Virus record (IMG/VR): IMGVR_UViG_3300032288_002071
Span: 1-55,715 of that record
Length of the DNA: 55,715 nt
Source: a virus
Taxonomy: Duplodnaviria > Caudoviricetes
Reading direction: 5' to 3' (one strand)
Shown: positions 7,019 through 16,297 of the stretch, one piece after another
How the letters are laid out: each line of letters opens with the position of its first letter
Numbering within the stretch: position 1 is the stretch's first letter
The notes under the pieces: model-generated
Told to the model about the DNA's origin: nothing
The model's input: the letters and a program-made list of their open reading frames with translations, nothing else
The model's database searches: none
Made by a program: the position numbers and the translations under genes

Positions 7019-7524
7019 GAATAATTGTTGTATCTGGTGGCTTTGACCCCATTCATTCAGGTCATCTTGCTATGTTGCGTGAAGCAGCAGGTATGGGTGA
7101 CAAACTCATTGTTGGTGTAAACTCTGACGAATGGCTTACCCGCAAGAAAGGTAAAGCGTTCATGAGCATACATGAACGTAAAGCAATCTTACAAGCAATA
7201 CGTTGGGTCGATGAGGTATGGGAGTTTGATGATACAGACGGAACTGCTTGTGAATTATTAGACCGTGTGTTATCATCGTACAATACACGCATATACGAAA
7301 GCCATGAATTTGTGTTTGCTAATGGTGGCGACCGTAATGAATCAAACAATGCTGAAGCAAAAGTACCAGGTTGGCAATTTGCTTATGGTGTTGGTGGTAG
7401 TGATAAAAGAAATTCATCATCTATATTGTTAAGGAAATGGAATGAAAGTAGCGATAGTGACACCGACCATAGGTACAGACTTTTTGGAGAAGTGCGTAGA
7501 GTCGATCCAGAAACAAACATATGA
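7015..7524 (+). CDS. Cytidylyltransferase-family nucleotidyltransferase (TagD/RfaE-like)
   Basis: SGGFDPIHSGH (HxGH), VGVNSDEWL, FANGGDR, GVGG..K.NSSS. Confidence 0.9.
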   Translation: MRIIVVSGGFDPIHSGHLAMLREAAGMGDKLIVGVNSDEWLTRKKGKAFMSIHERKAILQAIRWVDEVWEFDDTDGTACELLDRVLSSYNTRIYESHEFVFANGGDRNESNNAEAKVPGWQFAYGVGGSDKRNSSSILLRKWNESSDSDTDHRYRLFGEVRRVDPETNI

Positions 7525-8200
7525 AAATTTAACACATTATATTTTTGTTGATGGTGACGAATATACTGATAAAGTATTAGAAGTCACAAAAAATATTTCC
7601 GATAAAAAAATTAAAGGAGTATTTCTTGAAGAAAATGTTGGTAAAGGTTGGTATGGTCATAGGGTATATGCTGCATGTGGCTATCTTGTCAATGCTGATG
7701 TTATATGTTACCTTGACGAAGATAATTGGTTTGAGCCTAATCACGTTGAGAAACTTTTGGAGAGAATCCAAAAAGGTGCTGATTGGGCATTCTCACTAAG
7801 AAAAATTGTTGACCGTGATGGCAATTATGTTTGTGATGATAACTGTGAATCATTAGGTCAGTGGCCTATCTATTTTAATCCAGATGCTTTTCACATTGAC
7901 ACATCATCATTCATGGTGAAAGCAGACATCGCTCGTAAACTTGGTGCAGCATGGTATGGGCAGTGGGGTGCTGATCGTAATTTCTTCAATGCGTTGAAAC
8001 ATTACTTTCCAAACTTCTCTTGCTCTAAAGAATATTCTTTGAACTACCGTTTAGATGCTAATCCTAATTCTGTGAACGCTGAGTTTTTTGAAAAAGGTAA
8101 TGCAGAGAATGCCAAACGATATCCTAATGGATTTCCATGGCAACAAGTTTATTCTGAAGAATATGTGGTTGGACCTGGTATAACTATTGTGAGTGGATAA
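7442..8200 (+). CDS. Glycosyltransferase family 2
   Basis: IVTPT...L.KCVESIQKQTYEN, FVDG, YLDED (DxD-like). Confidence 0.9.
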   Translation: MKVAIVTPTIGTDFLEKCVESIQKQTYENLTHYIFVDGDEYTDKVLEVTKNISDKKIKGVFLEENVGKGWYGHRVYAACGYLVNADVICYLDEDNWFEPNHVEKLLERIQKGADWAFSLRKIVDRDGNYVCDDNCESLGQWPIYFNPDAFHIDTSSFMVKADIARKLGAAWYGQWGADRNFFNALKHYFPNFSCSKEYSLNYRLDANPNSVNAEFFEKGNAENAKRYPNGFPWQQVYSEEYVVGPGITIVSG

Positions 8201-8697
8201 TGAAAGTACAAGATACTGAAATTGAAGGCTTGAAAATTGTCATGCCTATTGTATATGAAGATTTTCGTGGTACGAACTTTGAGGCGTTCAATAAATTTAC
8301 ATATCATCACGAAGGTATAACACAGTCTTTTTTGGTAGATAGTATTTCTACTTCACGCAAACATGTGTTGCGTGGCATTCATGGTGATGATAAAACAACG
8401 AAACTTGTTTCATGTTTGTATGGTAGCATTTATGTTGTTGTGTTGGACCGTAGACCTGGTTCACAAACATACAATCAGTGGCTATCATTTAATCTATCGG
8501 ACAGAAACAAACATCAATTACTGATACCACCAGGTTGTGGTAATGGTCACCTTGTGATGTCTGATGAGTGTGTATTCAGCTATAAGCTTGACCAATACTA
8601 TGATCGTAAGTCACAGTTTACAATCAAGTGGAACGATCCTACATTTGAGATTTACTGGCCCGTAAAACATCCTATTTTGTCAGAAAGAGATAGATGA
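8200..8697 (+). CDS. rmlC: dTDP-4-dehydrorhamnose 3,5-epimerase
   Basis: DFRG.NFE, SRKHVLRGIH, KLVSCLYG, LIPPGCGNG, WNDP...IYWP. Confidence 0.92.
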   Translation: MKVQDTEIEGLKIVMPIVYEDFRGTNFEAFNKFTYHHEGITQSFLVDSISTSRKHVLRGIHGDDKTTKLVSCLYGSIYVVVLDRRPGSQTYNQWLSFNLSDRNKHQLLIPPGCGNGHLVMSDECVFSYKLDQYYDRKSQFTIKWNDPTFEIYWPVKHPILSERDR

Positions 8698-9677
8698 GAA
8701 CAGCATTTGTGACAGGTGGTGCAGGTTATCTTGGTTCACACTTAGCAAAAGCATTAAAGCAAGCCGGTTATTACACATTCTGCTTTGATTTAAAAATTCC
8801 AGAAAATAAAAAATACTGGGACAATTATGCATTTGGTGATGTGCGTAATTGGGAAGATTTGCATCAATCTTTTGAAGATTTACGTTTGATCCATAATAAA
8901 AAACCAGACGTTGTATTTCATCTTGCAGGACTAATTGAAGTTGGACTATCAGTAGAAAATCCGATTGACTTTTGGGAAACAAATGTCGGCGGCACTTGCA
9001 ATCTACTCTCCGTAATGAAAGCATTTCATGTTAATAATATTGTTTATTCTTCTACTGCCGGTCTTTATCGTCCTCAGTTTACCACGCTCTCAGAGAAAGC
9101 CGAAGTAGGCAGCAACAATCCGTATGCCAATAGCAAGTATGCTGCTGAATGTGCTATTCGTGATTCAAAACTGAATCATGTAATCTTTCGTTTCTTTAAT
9201 CTTGCTGGTGCTGATCCAGATGGTGAAATGGGCGAATCACATGATCCAGAAACACACTTGATTCCAAGAATGTTTGAAAGTCTAAATAATCAAGAGTTCT
9301 ATATTTACGGAAACGATTATAATACTTCAGATGGCACGTGTATAAGAGATTATGTACATGTGTCCGACATTGCAGATGCACATATACTGGCTGACCAGTA
9401 TCTGCAAACTCCATATGCAAATCAGCCACGAACATTCAACTTAGGAACTGGTAAAGGTCATTCAGTATTAGAAGTGATACAAACTGCCGTGACAGAGTTA
9501 GACATTCCTATTCTTTATTTGTTTAGAGAAAGACGAGATGGTGATCCGTCAAGATTGGTCGCCAACTGTGATTCCGCTAAACGATATCTAAACTTCAAAC
9601 CGAAACATAATTTAAAATCTATTTTGAGAACTGCGTATACTTGGTATGGAAAACAAAGAGACAGAACTACCGTTTGA
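8694..9677 (+). CDS. galE: UDP-glucose 4-epimerase
   Basis: TGGAGYLGSH, HLAG.IEVG.S, YANSK (YxxxK), GESHDPETHLIP, DGTCIRDYVHV. Confidence 0.93.
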   Translation: MRTAFVTGGAGYLGSHLAKALKQAGYYTFCFDLKIPENKKYWDNYAFGDVRNWEDLHQSFEDLRLIHNKKPDVVFHLAGLIEVGLSVENPIDFWETNVGGTCNLLSVMKAFHVNNIVYSSTAGLYRPQFTTLSEKAEVGSNNPYANSKYAAECAIRDSKLNHVIFRFFNLAGADPDGEMGESHDPETHLIPRMFESLNNQEFYIYGNDYNTSDGTCIRDYVHVSDIADAHILADQYLQTPYANQPRTFNLGTGKGHSVLEVIQTAVTELDIPILYLFRERRDGDPSRLVANCDSAKRYLNFKPKHNLKSILRTAYTWYGKQRDRTTV

Positions 9678-10176
9678 TTCGTATGCTCACTTCATGTCCG
9701 GCACTGTTGACCCGATGACAATTGAGTATGCTGCTAAATGGTTGATGAATGCAAAATTCAACAAGATTGAAAAGCCACTAACTCTTCATATAAACTCTGA
9801 AGGTGGTGATCTGGGTGATGCTATTGGTCTGGTTGATCTGATGCGTGGTGTTCGCCCTGTCCGAACACTTGCATATGGTAATCTGATGAGTGCAGCTTTT
9901 ATGATATTTGCTGCTGGTGAAAAAGGCTATCGTGCTATTGGTAAGAATACAACCATCATGATTCACCAGTTCAGTGACAGTCTGGAAGGCAAGTATCACG
10001 ACATGAGAGCATATGCTAAAGAATGTGACAGATATAACGAACGCATGGCAGAACTTCTTTCCGACTGCTCAAACTTGACAGTTAAAGATGTCAAGCACAA
10101 ACTTCTGAAGCCGACTGATGTATGGTTGACGGCTGATGATTTGATTTATTATGGTATCGCAGATATAATCTTCTAG
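9646..10176 (+). CDS. clpP: ClpP-family serine protease subunit
   Basis: HINSEGGD, MSAAFMIFAAG (Ser), IMIHQ (His), DVWLTA (Asp), YGIAD. Confidence 0.88.
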   Translation: MENKETELPFDSYAHFMSGTVDPMTIEYAAKWLMNAKFNKIEKPLTLHINSEGGDLGDAIGLVDLMRGVRPVRTLAYGNLMSAAFMIFAAGEKGYRAIGKNTTIMIHQFSDSLEGKYHDMRAYAKECDRYNERMAELLSDCSNLTVKDVKHKLLKPTDVWLTADDLIYYGIADIIF

Positions 10177-10187
10177 GAGCAATAAAT

Positions 10188-10364
10188 ATGTTGTCTGGTG
10201 GCAAAAAGTTTCAAAAGCCTAAGAAAACAAAATTTCACAAACAAAATGAGAGCGATGAGTATCGTAATTTGAAGCAACATAAACATCATGATAAGACGAT
10301 GTATCGCCTGTTAAAACAGGAAAACGATTATGTCTTACAAGGACGAATTAAAGAAACAAATTGA
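10188..10364 (+). CDS. Small basic hypothetical protein (not in ORF track)
   Basis: AGGAG RBS; MLSGGKKFQKPKKTKFHK..., 58 aa. Confidence 0.55.
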   Translation: MLSGGKKFQKPKKTKFHKQNESDEYRNLKQHKHHDKTMYRLLKQENDYVLQGRIKETN

Positions 10365-10491
10365 ACAACTAGAAAATTCAATTGATGTAGATAGAATGAG
10401 GCTAAATGCTCTGCGACAAGAGTTGATGAGCCTAAACATGAAAGAAAAAGCCGAAGCTGCATTCGGTCAGCAACAACTTCTACAAGGTTAA
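10330..10491 (+). CDS. Small coiled-coil hypothetical protein (not in ORF track)
   Basis: AGGA RBS; MSYKDELKKQIEQLENSI...QQLLQG, 53 aa. Confidence 0.6.
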   Translation: MSYKDELKKQIEQLENSIDVDRMRLNALRQELMSLNMKEKAEAAFGQQQLLQG

Positions 10492-10508
10492 GGTCAATCT
10501 TCTGTTCG

Positions 10509-10516
10509 TATAAATA
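10509..10516 (+). promoter_or_regulatory. T4-type late promoter
   Basis: Exact TATAAATA upstream of the AGGAG RBS of 10535. Confidence 0.85.
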
Positions 10517-10534
10517 AGCGAATAGGAGATAAAC

Positions 10535-11014
10535 ATGGCTTTAACGAAAATCAGCACTGGCGGCACTGCTGCCAATCTCACGCTTTCCCTAACTAGAGTC
10601 CTAGAAGGGGCAAACATCAACTCTACTGCTATTGGTGGAAACGTCAACATTGATGTTTCTAATAGCACTGTCTATTTTTTTGAAGCAAATACCATAGCAA
10701 ATCTCACGTTCAATCTACGTGCGAATAGTTCCCATACGTTTGACTCTGCTGCCACTATTGGTGGAACAACGACTGTGGCTATAGCAGTCAAGCATGGCAC
10801 AGATAGACATACAGCAAATCTGTACATTGATGGTGGTTTAATTACAGGCACATTTTCGGGAAGTCCTAACTCTCTCTTTTACGCTGGAAATACTGCACCT
10901 GTTTATCAGGCAATTACTTCCGGTGAACTAAATCTGTTCACATATAGCGTATTCAAAAAAGCGGCAAACTCTTATGTTGTCATTGCCGGTAACACTATTT
11001 TTGGATTGGGTTAA
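10535..11014 (+). CDS. Virion adaptor-like protein, paralogous to the C-terminal domains of 48253 and 51821
   Basis: Shared NIDV.N.T..F.ANT..N.TFNLR.N...TFDS, HTAN.YIDGGLIT and SVFK motifs. Confidence 0.8.
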   Translation: MALTKISTGGTAANLTLSLTRVLEGANINSTAIGGNVNIDVSNSTVYFFEANTIANLTFNLRANSSHTFDSAATIGGTTTVAIAVKHGTDRHTANLYIDGGLITGTFSGSPNSLFYAGNTAPVYQAITSGELNLFTYSVFKKAANSYVVIAGNTIFGLG

Positions 11015-11016
11015 AC

Positions 11017-13464
11017 ATGCCACCTATTTTTGCATCTTTAGGTTCTGGAGCAATTGCTTCTTACGGATTGATTAGACGATTTGGTGTCACTGCTCCTGTT
11101 GATTACGCAGTAAGTAGAATATTCACAGAAACCACTACATGGGTAGCACCATCAAGTGTAACACAGGTTGACTATCTTGTTGTTGCTGGTGGCGGCGGTG
11201 GTGGTGGTTATGACCGTGGAGGTGGAGGTGGTGCTGGTGGATTTAGAACAGGAACAAGTTTTAGCGTTACTCCAGGTCAGTCTTACACTGTTACTGTTGG
11301 TGCTGGTGGCGCAGGCGGAGCGTCTTTAGGTGACGGTAGTAATGGCGTAAACTCAACATTCTCCACTATCACATCTAATGGTGGCGGTGGTGGTGGTTGG
11401 TATGGTGGTTCTGCTAAATCTGGTGGTTCTGGCGGCGGTGGAGGACATGCTAATAATGGTGGCGCTGCTGGCACTCCAGGTCAAGGTAATAATGGAGGAG
11501 CAGGTTCAGCCAGTTTAGGTGGAGCATCTGGCGGTGGAGGTGGAGGGGCAAGTGCTGCTGGCGCTGCTGGTAATAATGGAGGCGCCGGCCCTGCGGGTGG
11601 AGGTGCTGGTGGTAATGGGACTGCATCTTCTATTTCAGGTGAATCTCTAACTTATGCCGGAGGTGGCGGTGGTGCTTCTGATCTTACAACAGGTGGAGCT
11701 GGCGGCACAGGCGGTGGTGGTAGAGGAGCACTCAATAATCAAAATGGATTTAGTGGCAATACATCTACTGGTGGAGGAGGTGGTGGTGGCGGCACTGCAC
11801 CTGGTAATTTGGGAGGTGCTGGTGGCTCTGGTGTAATCATTCTTCGTTACACAGAAACATTTCCAGGTGGTAATGGTGTCTATGTTTTTGCAAACACAGG
11901 ACAGTTAAGAATACCACAAGGTGCAACAACGATTGATTATTTAATTGTTGCTGGTGGTGGTGGGGGTGGTGGTGCATACGGTGATGTAAATGGTGGTGGG
12001 GGTGGCGGTGCTGGTGGAGTTCTTCAGGGCACAGGATATCCAGTAGGACCAAATCAACTATACACAATTTCAATTGGTGCTGGTGGAATTGGTGGTTCTT
12101 CTGGAACAGGTACAAATGGAACTAATTCTGTTATTTCTTCTGGAAATACGGCAAATGCCATTCTTTTAACTGCTATAGGTGGTGGTTACGGTGGTGGAAG
12201 AACGGGAAGTGGTCCTTCTTATTATAATGGTGTGTTTGGTGGTTCAGGTGGTGGTTCTCAAGGCTCTGCACCCTCACAAACAGGCGCTCCAGGAACACCA
12301 GGACAAGGTAATGCTGGAGGTTCTGTAACAACTCCATTTTGGGGTGGTGGTGGTGGAGGAGGTGGTGGTGCTGTTGGATTTAATGGAGCGACCAATGGTG
12401 GTAATGGTGGTGTAGGTATTTTTTCAACAATCACTGGTTCAAATACTGCTTATGGTGGTGGGGGTGGTGGTGGAGGTAGATTTAGTCCGGGCACACCAGG
12501 TTATGGTGGTTCTGGTGGTGGTGGAAATTCTGCTCCTATTCCAGCAGGTGATGGTAATTCTGGTTCTTCATATACAGGAGGTGGTGGAGGTGGTGCTGTA
12601 TCTGCTGCTCCTTCTCCAGGTGGTGCTGGACCAGCGACACAAAGAACTGGTGGTTCTGGTGGTTCAGGTTTTGCTGTCATCAAAGTTTCAGCATCACAAA
12701 ACAAGATAGCAGTATTCTCTAACACTGCAACATGGAATGTGCCAACTGGTGTATCGTCAATTGAGTATCTTGTAGTTGCTGGTGGCGGTGGAGGTGGTAC
12801 GGGTGATGGTGCTATCTATGCTGGTGGTGGAGGTGGTGCTGGTGGATTTAGAACAAGTCCTGCTGTATCAGTAACACCCGGTTCATCGTTAACGGTTGTT
12901 GTTGGTTCGGGTGGTTCGGGAACAACCGCCGTTATAGTTCCTGGTGGTAATGGATCAAATTCTGGTATATATGGTTCTGCTCCATTTACTGCTGTTTGGT
13001 CATCTGGTGGTGGTGGTGGTGCCTCTAAAAGTTCTGTTGCATATAATGGTGGGTCTGGTGGTGGAGGAAGTCAAGGTGTTGCTGGTACCGGAAACACAGG
13101 AGGTTATACTCCAGCAGAAGGTACAAATGGTGGCGCTGGTGCACCCGGATGGGTTGGTGGTGGCGGCGGCGGTGCTTTAGTAAGCGGTGGTGTGGCTGGA
13201 GCGAATTCAAATGGACAAGGTGTTGGTGGTGCTGGTGCAACATCATCTATTACAGGCACACCAGTGACATATGCTGGCGGCGGTGCTGGTGGTGGATATA
13301 ACGTAACACCTGGTGGCGCTGGTGGTGGTGGTTCTGGTGGTGGTGGAACAACTGATAATGCTACTCCAGGAGCAGTTGCTTCCGGTGGCGGTGGCGGCGC
13401 TGGTGGGGGTTCTATAGTTGGTAAAGCTGGTGGCTCTGGTGTCATCATTCTCAAATGGACATAA
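11017..13464 (+). CDS. Glycine-rich fibre/adhesin protein with three tandem polyglycine domains
   Basis: Three units, each from (V/I)(D/E)YL(V/I)VAGGGGGG to GGSGxxIx(R/K). Confidence 0.85.
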   Translation: MPPIFASLGSGAIASYGLIRRFGVTAPVDYAVSRIFTETTTWVAPSSVTQVDYLVVAGGGGGGGYDRGGGGGAGGFRTGTSFSVTPGQSYTVTVGAGGAGGASLGDGSNGVNSTFSTITSNGGGGGGWYGGSAKSGGSGGGGGHANNGGAAGTPGQGNNGGAGSASLGGASGGGGGGASAAGAAGNNGGAGPAGGGAGGNGTASSISGESLTYAGGGGGASDLTTGGAGGTGGGGRGALNNQNGFSGNTSTGGGGGGGGTAPGNLGGAGGSGVIILRYTETFPGGNGVYVFANTGQLRIPQGATTIDYLIVAGGGGGGGAYGDVNGGGGGGAGGVLQGTGYPVGPNQLYTISIGAGGIGGSSGTGTNGTNSVISSGNTANAILLTAIGGGYGGGRTGSGPSYYNGVFGGSGGGSQGSAPSQTGAPGTPGQGNAGGSVTTPFWGGGGGGGGGAVGFNGATNGGNGGVGIFSTITGSNTAYGGGGGGGGRFSPGTPGYGGSGGGGNSAPIPAGDGNSGSSYTGGGGGGAVSAAPSPGGAGPATQRTGGSGGSGFAVIKVSASQNKIAVFSNTATWNVPTGVSSIEYLVVAGGGGGGTGDGAIYAGGGGGAGGFRTSPAVSVTPGSSLTVVVGSGGSGTTAVIVPGGNGSNSGIYGSAPFTAVWSSGGGGGASKSSVAYNGGSGGGGSQGVAGTGNTGGYTPAEGTNGGAGAPGWVGGGGGGALVSGGVAGANSNGQGVGGAGATSSITGTPVTYAGGGAGGGYNVTPGGAGGGGSGGGGTTDNATPGAVASGGGGGAGGGSIVGKAGGSGVIILKWT

Positions 13465-13482
13465 TGTTGTAAAAATACAACA
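13465..13482. repeat. Palindrome upstream of promoter (possible operator)
   Basis: TGTTGTA-aaaa-TACAACA. Confidence 0.5.
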
Positions 13483-13488
13483 GGCTAC

Positions 13489-13517
13489 TTGACATAGTAT
13501 TCATACCGTGTTATACT
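13489..13517 (+). promoter_or_regulatory. sigma70-type early promoter
   Basis: TTGACA-17nt-TATACT. Confidence 0.85.
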
Positions 13518-13526
13518 GTATATACT

Positions 13527-13883
13527 ATGAAAAGTATGCCTGTTATCGGTTCGACAATTACCGTAAATTGTCAATATTACACTGGTCCCGTTAGCTTTAC
13601 TGGCGTGGTCGTCAATCCCTATCGTTGGTTAGATGCTAACGAATTCTGTTTACAAACCGACAACAAAGCTTTTCCTGTGTCAGTTATCAATCTAGCAAAT
13701 GTTGTTGATCTGAAAATACTTAAAGGATCAGCAACAACTATTCGTAAGTTCAAAGTTTCCGGCACGAAAGGTGACTATATTGTAACATTGTCAAATAAAC
13801 ATCTTTCCTGTAGTTGTATAGGTTACAAGTATCACAGCAAGTGCAAACACATAACAAAAGTGAAAGACAAGCTTGCCGAATAG
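13527..13883 (+). CDS. SWIM zinc-finger protein
   Basis: C-terminal Y.V....SCSC.GY.Y.SKCKH. Confidence 0.8.
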   Translation: MKSMPVIGSTITVNCQYYTGPVSFTGVVVNPYRWLDANEFCLQTDNKAFPVSVINLANVVDLKILKGSATTIRKFKVSGTKGDYIVTLSNKHLSCSCIGYKYHSKCKHITKVKDKLAE

Positions 13884-13887
13884 CATC

Positions 13888-13916
13888 TTGACAAATGGCT
13901 CAATTTTTGATATACT
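13888..13916 (+). promoter_or_regulatory. sigma70-type early promoter
   Basis: TTGACA-17nt-TATACT. Confidence 0.85.
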
Positions 13917-13925
13917 GTTTATATT

Positions 13926-14318
13926 ATGATGATTCGTATCTATTCCAAATCAAAAAAGCAGAAGTTGACAAAAAAACAATTGCAAGAACAGCAAGATTTT
14001 ATTTTGTCAATTAATAAAATACCACTGCCGTCTGGTGGTCGTTTTCCTGCTGCTGCGCCCAAAAAAGTAAAAGCAAAGCCTGTGTTCACGTATAATGAAC
14101 CTCGTGACATTAAGCGTGCACCATCTTTACCTGATACACATAAAGGCGCATTGACTAAAACTGGTATCATGAAAGACTATCACAAACTCTCACCCGCCGA
14201 CCGTGAGATTGTGGCAGATGTAGCATCTTGCACAGCACCAATGCACAAGGGTAATTATGTATATGTTACTCCTGGCATCAATCCTGCTGGGCTAGGTCGG
14301 AAAAACGAAGTATTATGA
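13926..14318 (+). CDS. Basic hypothetical early protein (APMHKGNYVYV motif)
   Basis: ORF directly after promoter. Confidence 0.8.
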   Translation: MMIRIYSKSKKQKLTKKQLQEQQDFILSINKIPLPSGGRFPAAAPKKVKAKPVFTYNEPRDIKRAPSLPDTHKGALTKTGIMKDYHKLSPADREIVADVASCTAPMHKGNYVYVTPGINPAGLGRKNEVL

Positions 14319-14330
14319 TTCTGATAACAT

Positions 14331-14359
14331 TTGACAAAGTGTTAGGATCATGCTATACT
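14331..14359 (+). promoter_or_regulatory. sigma70-type early promoter
   Basis: TTGACA-17nt-TATACT with TG extension. Confidence 0.85.
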
Positions 14360-14393
14360 ATTATTTCTAATGTTGATAATGGAGGTTATCAAA

Positions 14394-14846
14394 ATGGCAC
14401 GTACCAAATCAAATGAACTACAACCGCACGTTAAACTTCTTGTATTCATGCAAGATGGTAATTTCGTTGCAAAAGATGATATCATAAGTAAACTGAGCAC
14501 TGACATTCACACCTATCGACTGTCAACTTACATTTATGACATCAAGAAATACACACCAGGCGTTGTGAAGGTGACTAAAAACGGCAAGTCTGTTCTCGGC
14601 TACCAAATCACAAATCCTGATGAAGTAAAAAAATTCCTTTCTACACAGAACGGTCTTGCGAACTATGTGCCTGGTACAGGCAATCTCAAGCCGTCTACCA
14701 GCAAGTTCGCAAACAAGCCTGTGAAGTCTCTTGCTTCACTGAACGCTAAACCTGCTAAGGCAGCAAAAGCAGCAAAACCAGCAAAGACTAAAGTTGCTGC
14801 TCCTGTTGTAGCAGATGAACTTGAGGTGACTGAAATCACCGATTAA
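14394..14846 (+). CDS. Putative DNA-binding protein with Lys/Ala/Pro-rich tail
   Basis: GGAGG RBS before ATG 14394; tail KPAKAAKAAKPAKTK. Confidence 0.7.
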   Translation: MARTKSNELQPHVKLLVFMQDGNFVAKDDIISKLSTDIHTYRLSTYIYDIKKYTPGVVKVTKNGKSVLGYQITNPDEVKKFLSTQNGLANYVPGTGNLKPSTSKFANKPVKSLASLNAKPAKAAKAAKPAKTKVAAPVVADELEVTEITD

Positions 14847-14855
14847 ACAAGTTTC

Positions 14856-14899
14856 GGGTGGCGGACTGTCGGGAGACTAGGCTGCTGCCCACTTTTTTT
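14856..14899 (+). terminator. Intrinsic terminator
   Basis: GGGTGGCGG...CTGCTGCCC followed by a T-tract. Confidence 0.6.
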
Positions 14900-14911
14900 A
14901 TAAGGTGAATT

Positions 14912-15148
14912 ATGTCTAAACTTAAAGAATGGTTTGCGACCAAGTATCTACAAATTGAATCACAAACAATCAAAGCTATTGATACAGCAAATTTCTATGG
15001 TGACCTGTTTACAGAACGTCAGAAGTTTTATATGTTAGCTACATTCATGGCATTGCTTGCTATGACTGGAGCTTATGGTGCTGTTCAATTTATTGGTTTG
15101 ATTTATATTATGTCTAAATTGACTCCTGAGGATAAAGATGAAAGCTAA
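14912..15148 (+). CDS. Small membrane protein
   Basis: AAGGTG RBS; hydrophobic C-terminal half. Confidence 0.75.
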   Translation: MSKLKEWFATKYLQIESQTIKAIDTANFYGDLFTERQKFYMLATFMALLAMTGAYGAVQFIGLIYIMSKLTPEDKDES

Positions 15149-15413
15149 ATTTATTTTGCTTGTGCCTTTGCTTGCTTTAGCTGCTTGTGTAACACCACAA
15201 ACAGCACATAAAGATCCTGTTAATAATCCGCAAGGATTGAATCAAGATGATCTGATCAAAGCACAAATCGCACGTATTGAAAAACTTGAACGTGAAATGG
15301 AACGGCGTGAAAACGATCTAAAATTTCAGCACATGAAAGAAATGCATCAGGTTCAAATACAAAGCAAATCACCACATACCGTAAACACAAACTGTAAATT
15401 CTTTTGCTTCTGA
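15138..15413 (+). CDS. Putative lipoprotein
   Basis: Signal peptide with LAAC lipobox; GAGG RBS. Confidence 0.75.
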   Translation: MKAKFILLVPLLALAACVTPQTAHKDPVNNPQGLNQDDLIKAQIARIEKLEREMERRENDLKFQHMKEMHQVQIQSKSPHTVNTNCKFFCF

Positions 15414-15952
15414 TGAATATTTTTTACTTAGACCATGATGTTACAAAATGTGCAGAAATGCACAACGATAAACACGTGGTCAAAATGATCCTTGAGTATG
15501 CTCAACTTTTGTCTACTGCTCACCGTATTTTGGATGGTGTACCTACTCCTAGTCACACCCCATCTGGGCGTAAAAAGACTTCATATGTGCTTGATGATTC
15601 ACGTGACGGGATTTTGTATTCTGCTACTCATATATCTCATCCTTCTGCTGTTTGGGTGAGACAGTCAGACAAAAACTATGATTGGTTGTTCAGTCTCTTT
15701 CAAGCATGTATGGACGAGTATACATATCGTTATGATAAAGTTCATGCTTGTACTAAACTGGAAGTTGCTTTGAGTAATCTACCCAAGAATATTCCACAAG
15801 CACCATTTACTGAACCAACACCAGCAATGCCAGATGATGTAAAAATACCTGATGATTCAGTTGCGTCTTATCGTAACTACTATATCAAGAACAAAACACA
15901 TTTGGCAAACTGGAAAAAACGACCTGTACCAAATTGGTATGTGACTATATAA
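15413..15952 (+). CDS. Pyrimidine-dimer DNA glycosylase/DenV-like family protein
   Basis: MNIFYLD...HNDKHVVKMILEYAQLLSTAH, THISHPSAVWVR, SYRNYY. Confidence 0.75.
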   Translation: MNIFYLDHDVTKCAEMHNDKHVVKMILEYAQLLSTAHRILDGVPTPSHTPSGRKKTSYVLDDSRDGILYSATHISHPSAVWVRQSDKNYDWLFSLFQACMDEYTYRYDKVHACTKLEVALSNLPKNIPQAPFTEPTPAMPDDVKIPDDSVASYRNYYIKNKTHLANWKKRPVPNWYVTI

Positions 15953-15957
15953 TATTG

Positions 15958-16263
15958 ATGCCTACATACGATTTTTTAAATACTGAAACTGGTGAAACAT
16001 TTGAGAAACTCATGAGTCTTTCAGCACGTGAGGAATATCTCAAAGAGAATCCACACATCCAACAAGTTCATCTTGGCGCCATGTCTATAGTCAGTGGCGT
16101 ATCAATTACTGGTAAAATACCAGACGGCTTTAAAGAAGTTCTAGCAAAAGTTTCCGAGAATCACAAACAATCTTCTGTGGCAAATAAGCATGGTAAAAAG
16201 TCCATCAAAGAAGCACAGACACAGAGGATCGTCGATAAGCATTTAGGTAAATTTGGGCAGTAA
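15958..16263 (+). CDS. FmdB-like protein lacking the zinc-binding cysteines
   Basis: MPTYDF.N.ETGETFE...DGFKEVL. Confidence 0.7.
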   Translation: MPTYDFLNTETGETFEKLMSLSAREEYLKENPHIQQVHLGAMSIVSGVSITGKIPDGFKEVLAKVSENHKQSSVANKHGKKSIKEAQTQRIVDKHLGKFGQ

Positions 16264-16297
16264 TTTTGTTATGCTAACTTGTCTTAAAGGAGCAGGT

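Noticed and set aside
7442-7524. 83-nt overlap of the cytidylyltransferase and GT2 genes as a frameshift fusion
   Set aside because: GT2 has its own AAGGA RBS and ATG and I see no slippery site; more likely a run-on C-terminal tail
11283-13454. Pro-, His- and Val-rich alternative-frame ORFs here and at 49.6-55.7 kb
   Set aside because: Shadows of GGT-repeat glycine codons
14394-14846. Histone H3 mimic (starts MARTK)
   Set aside because: The match is only five residues and no histone fold is evident
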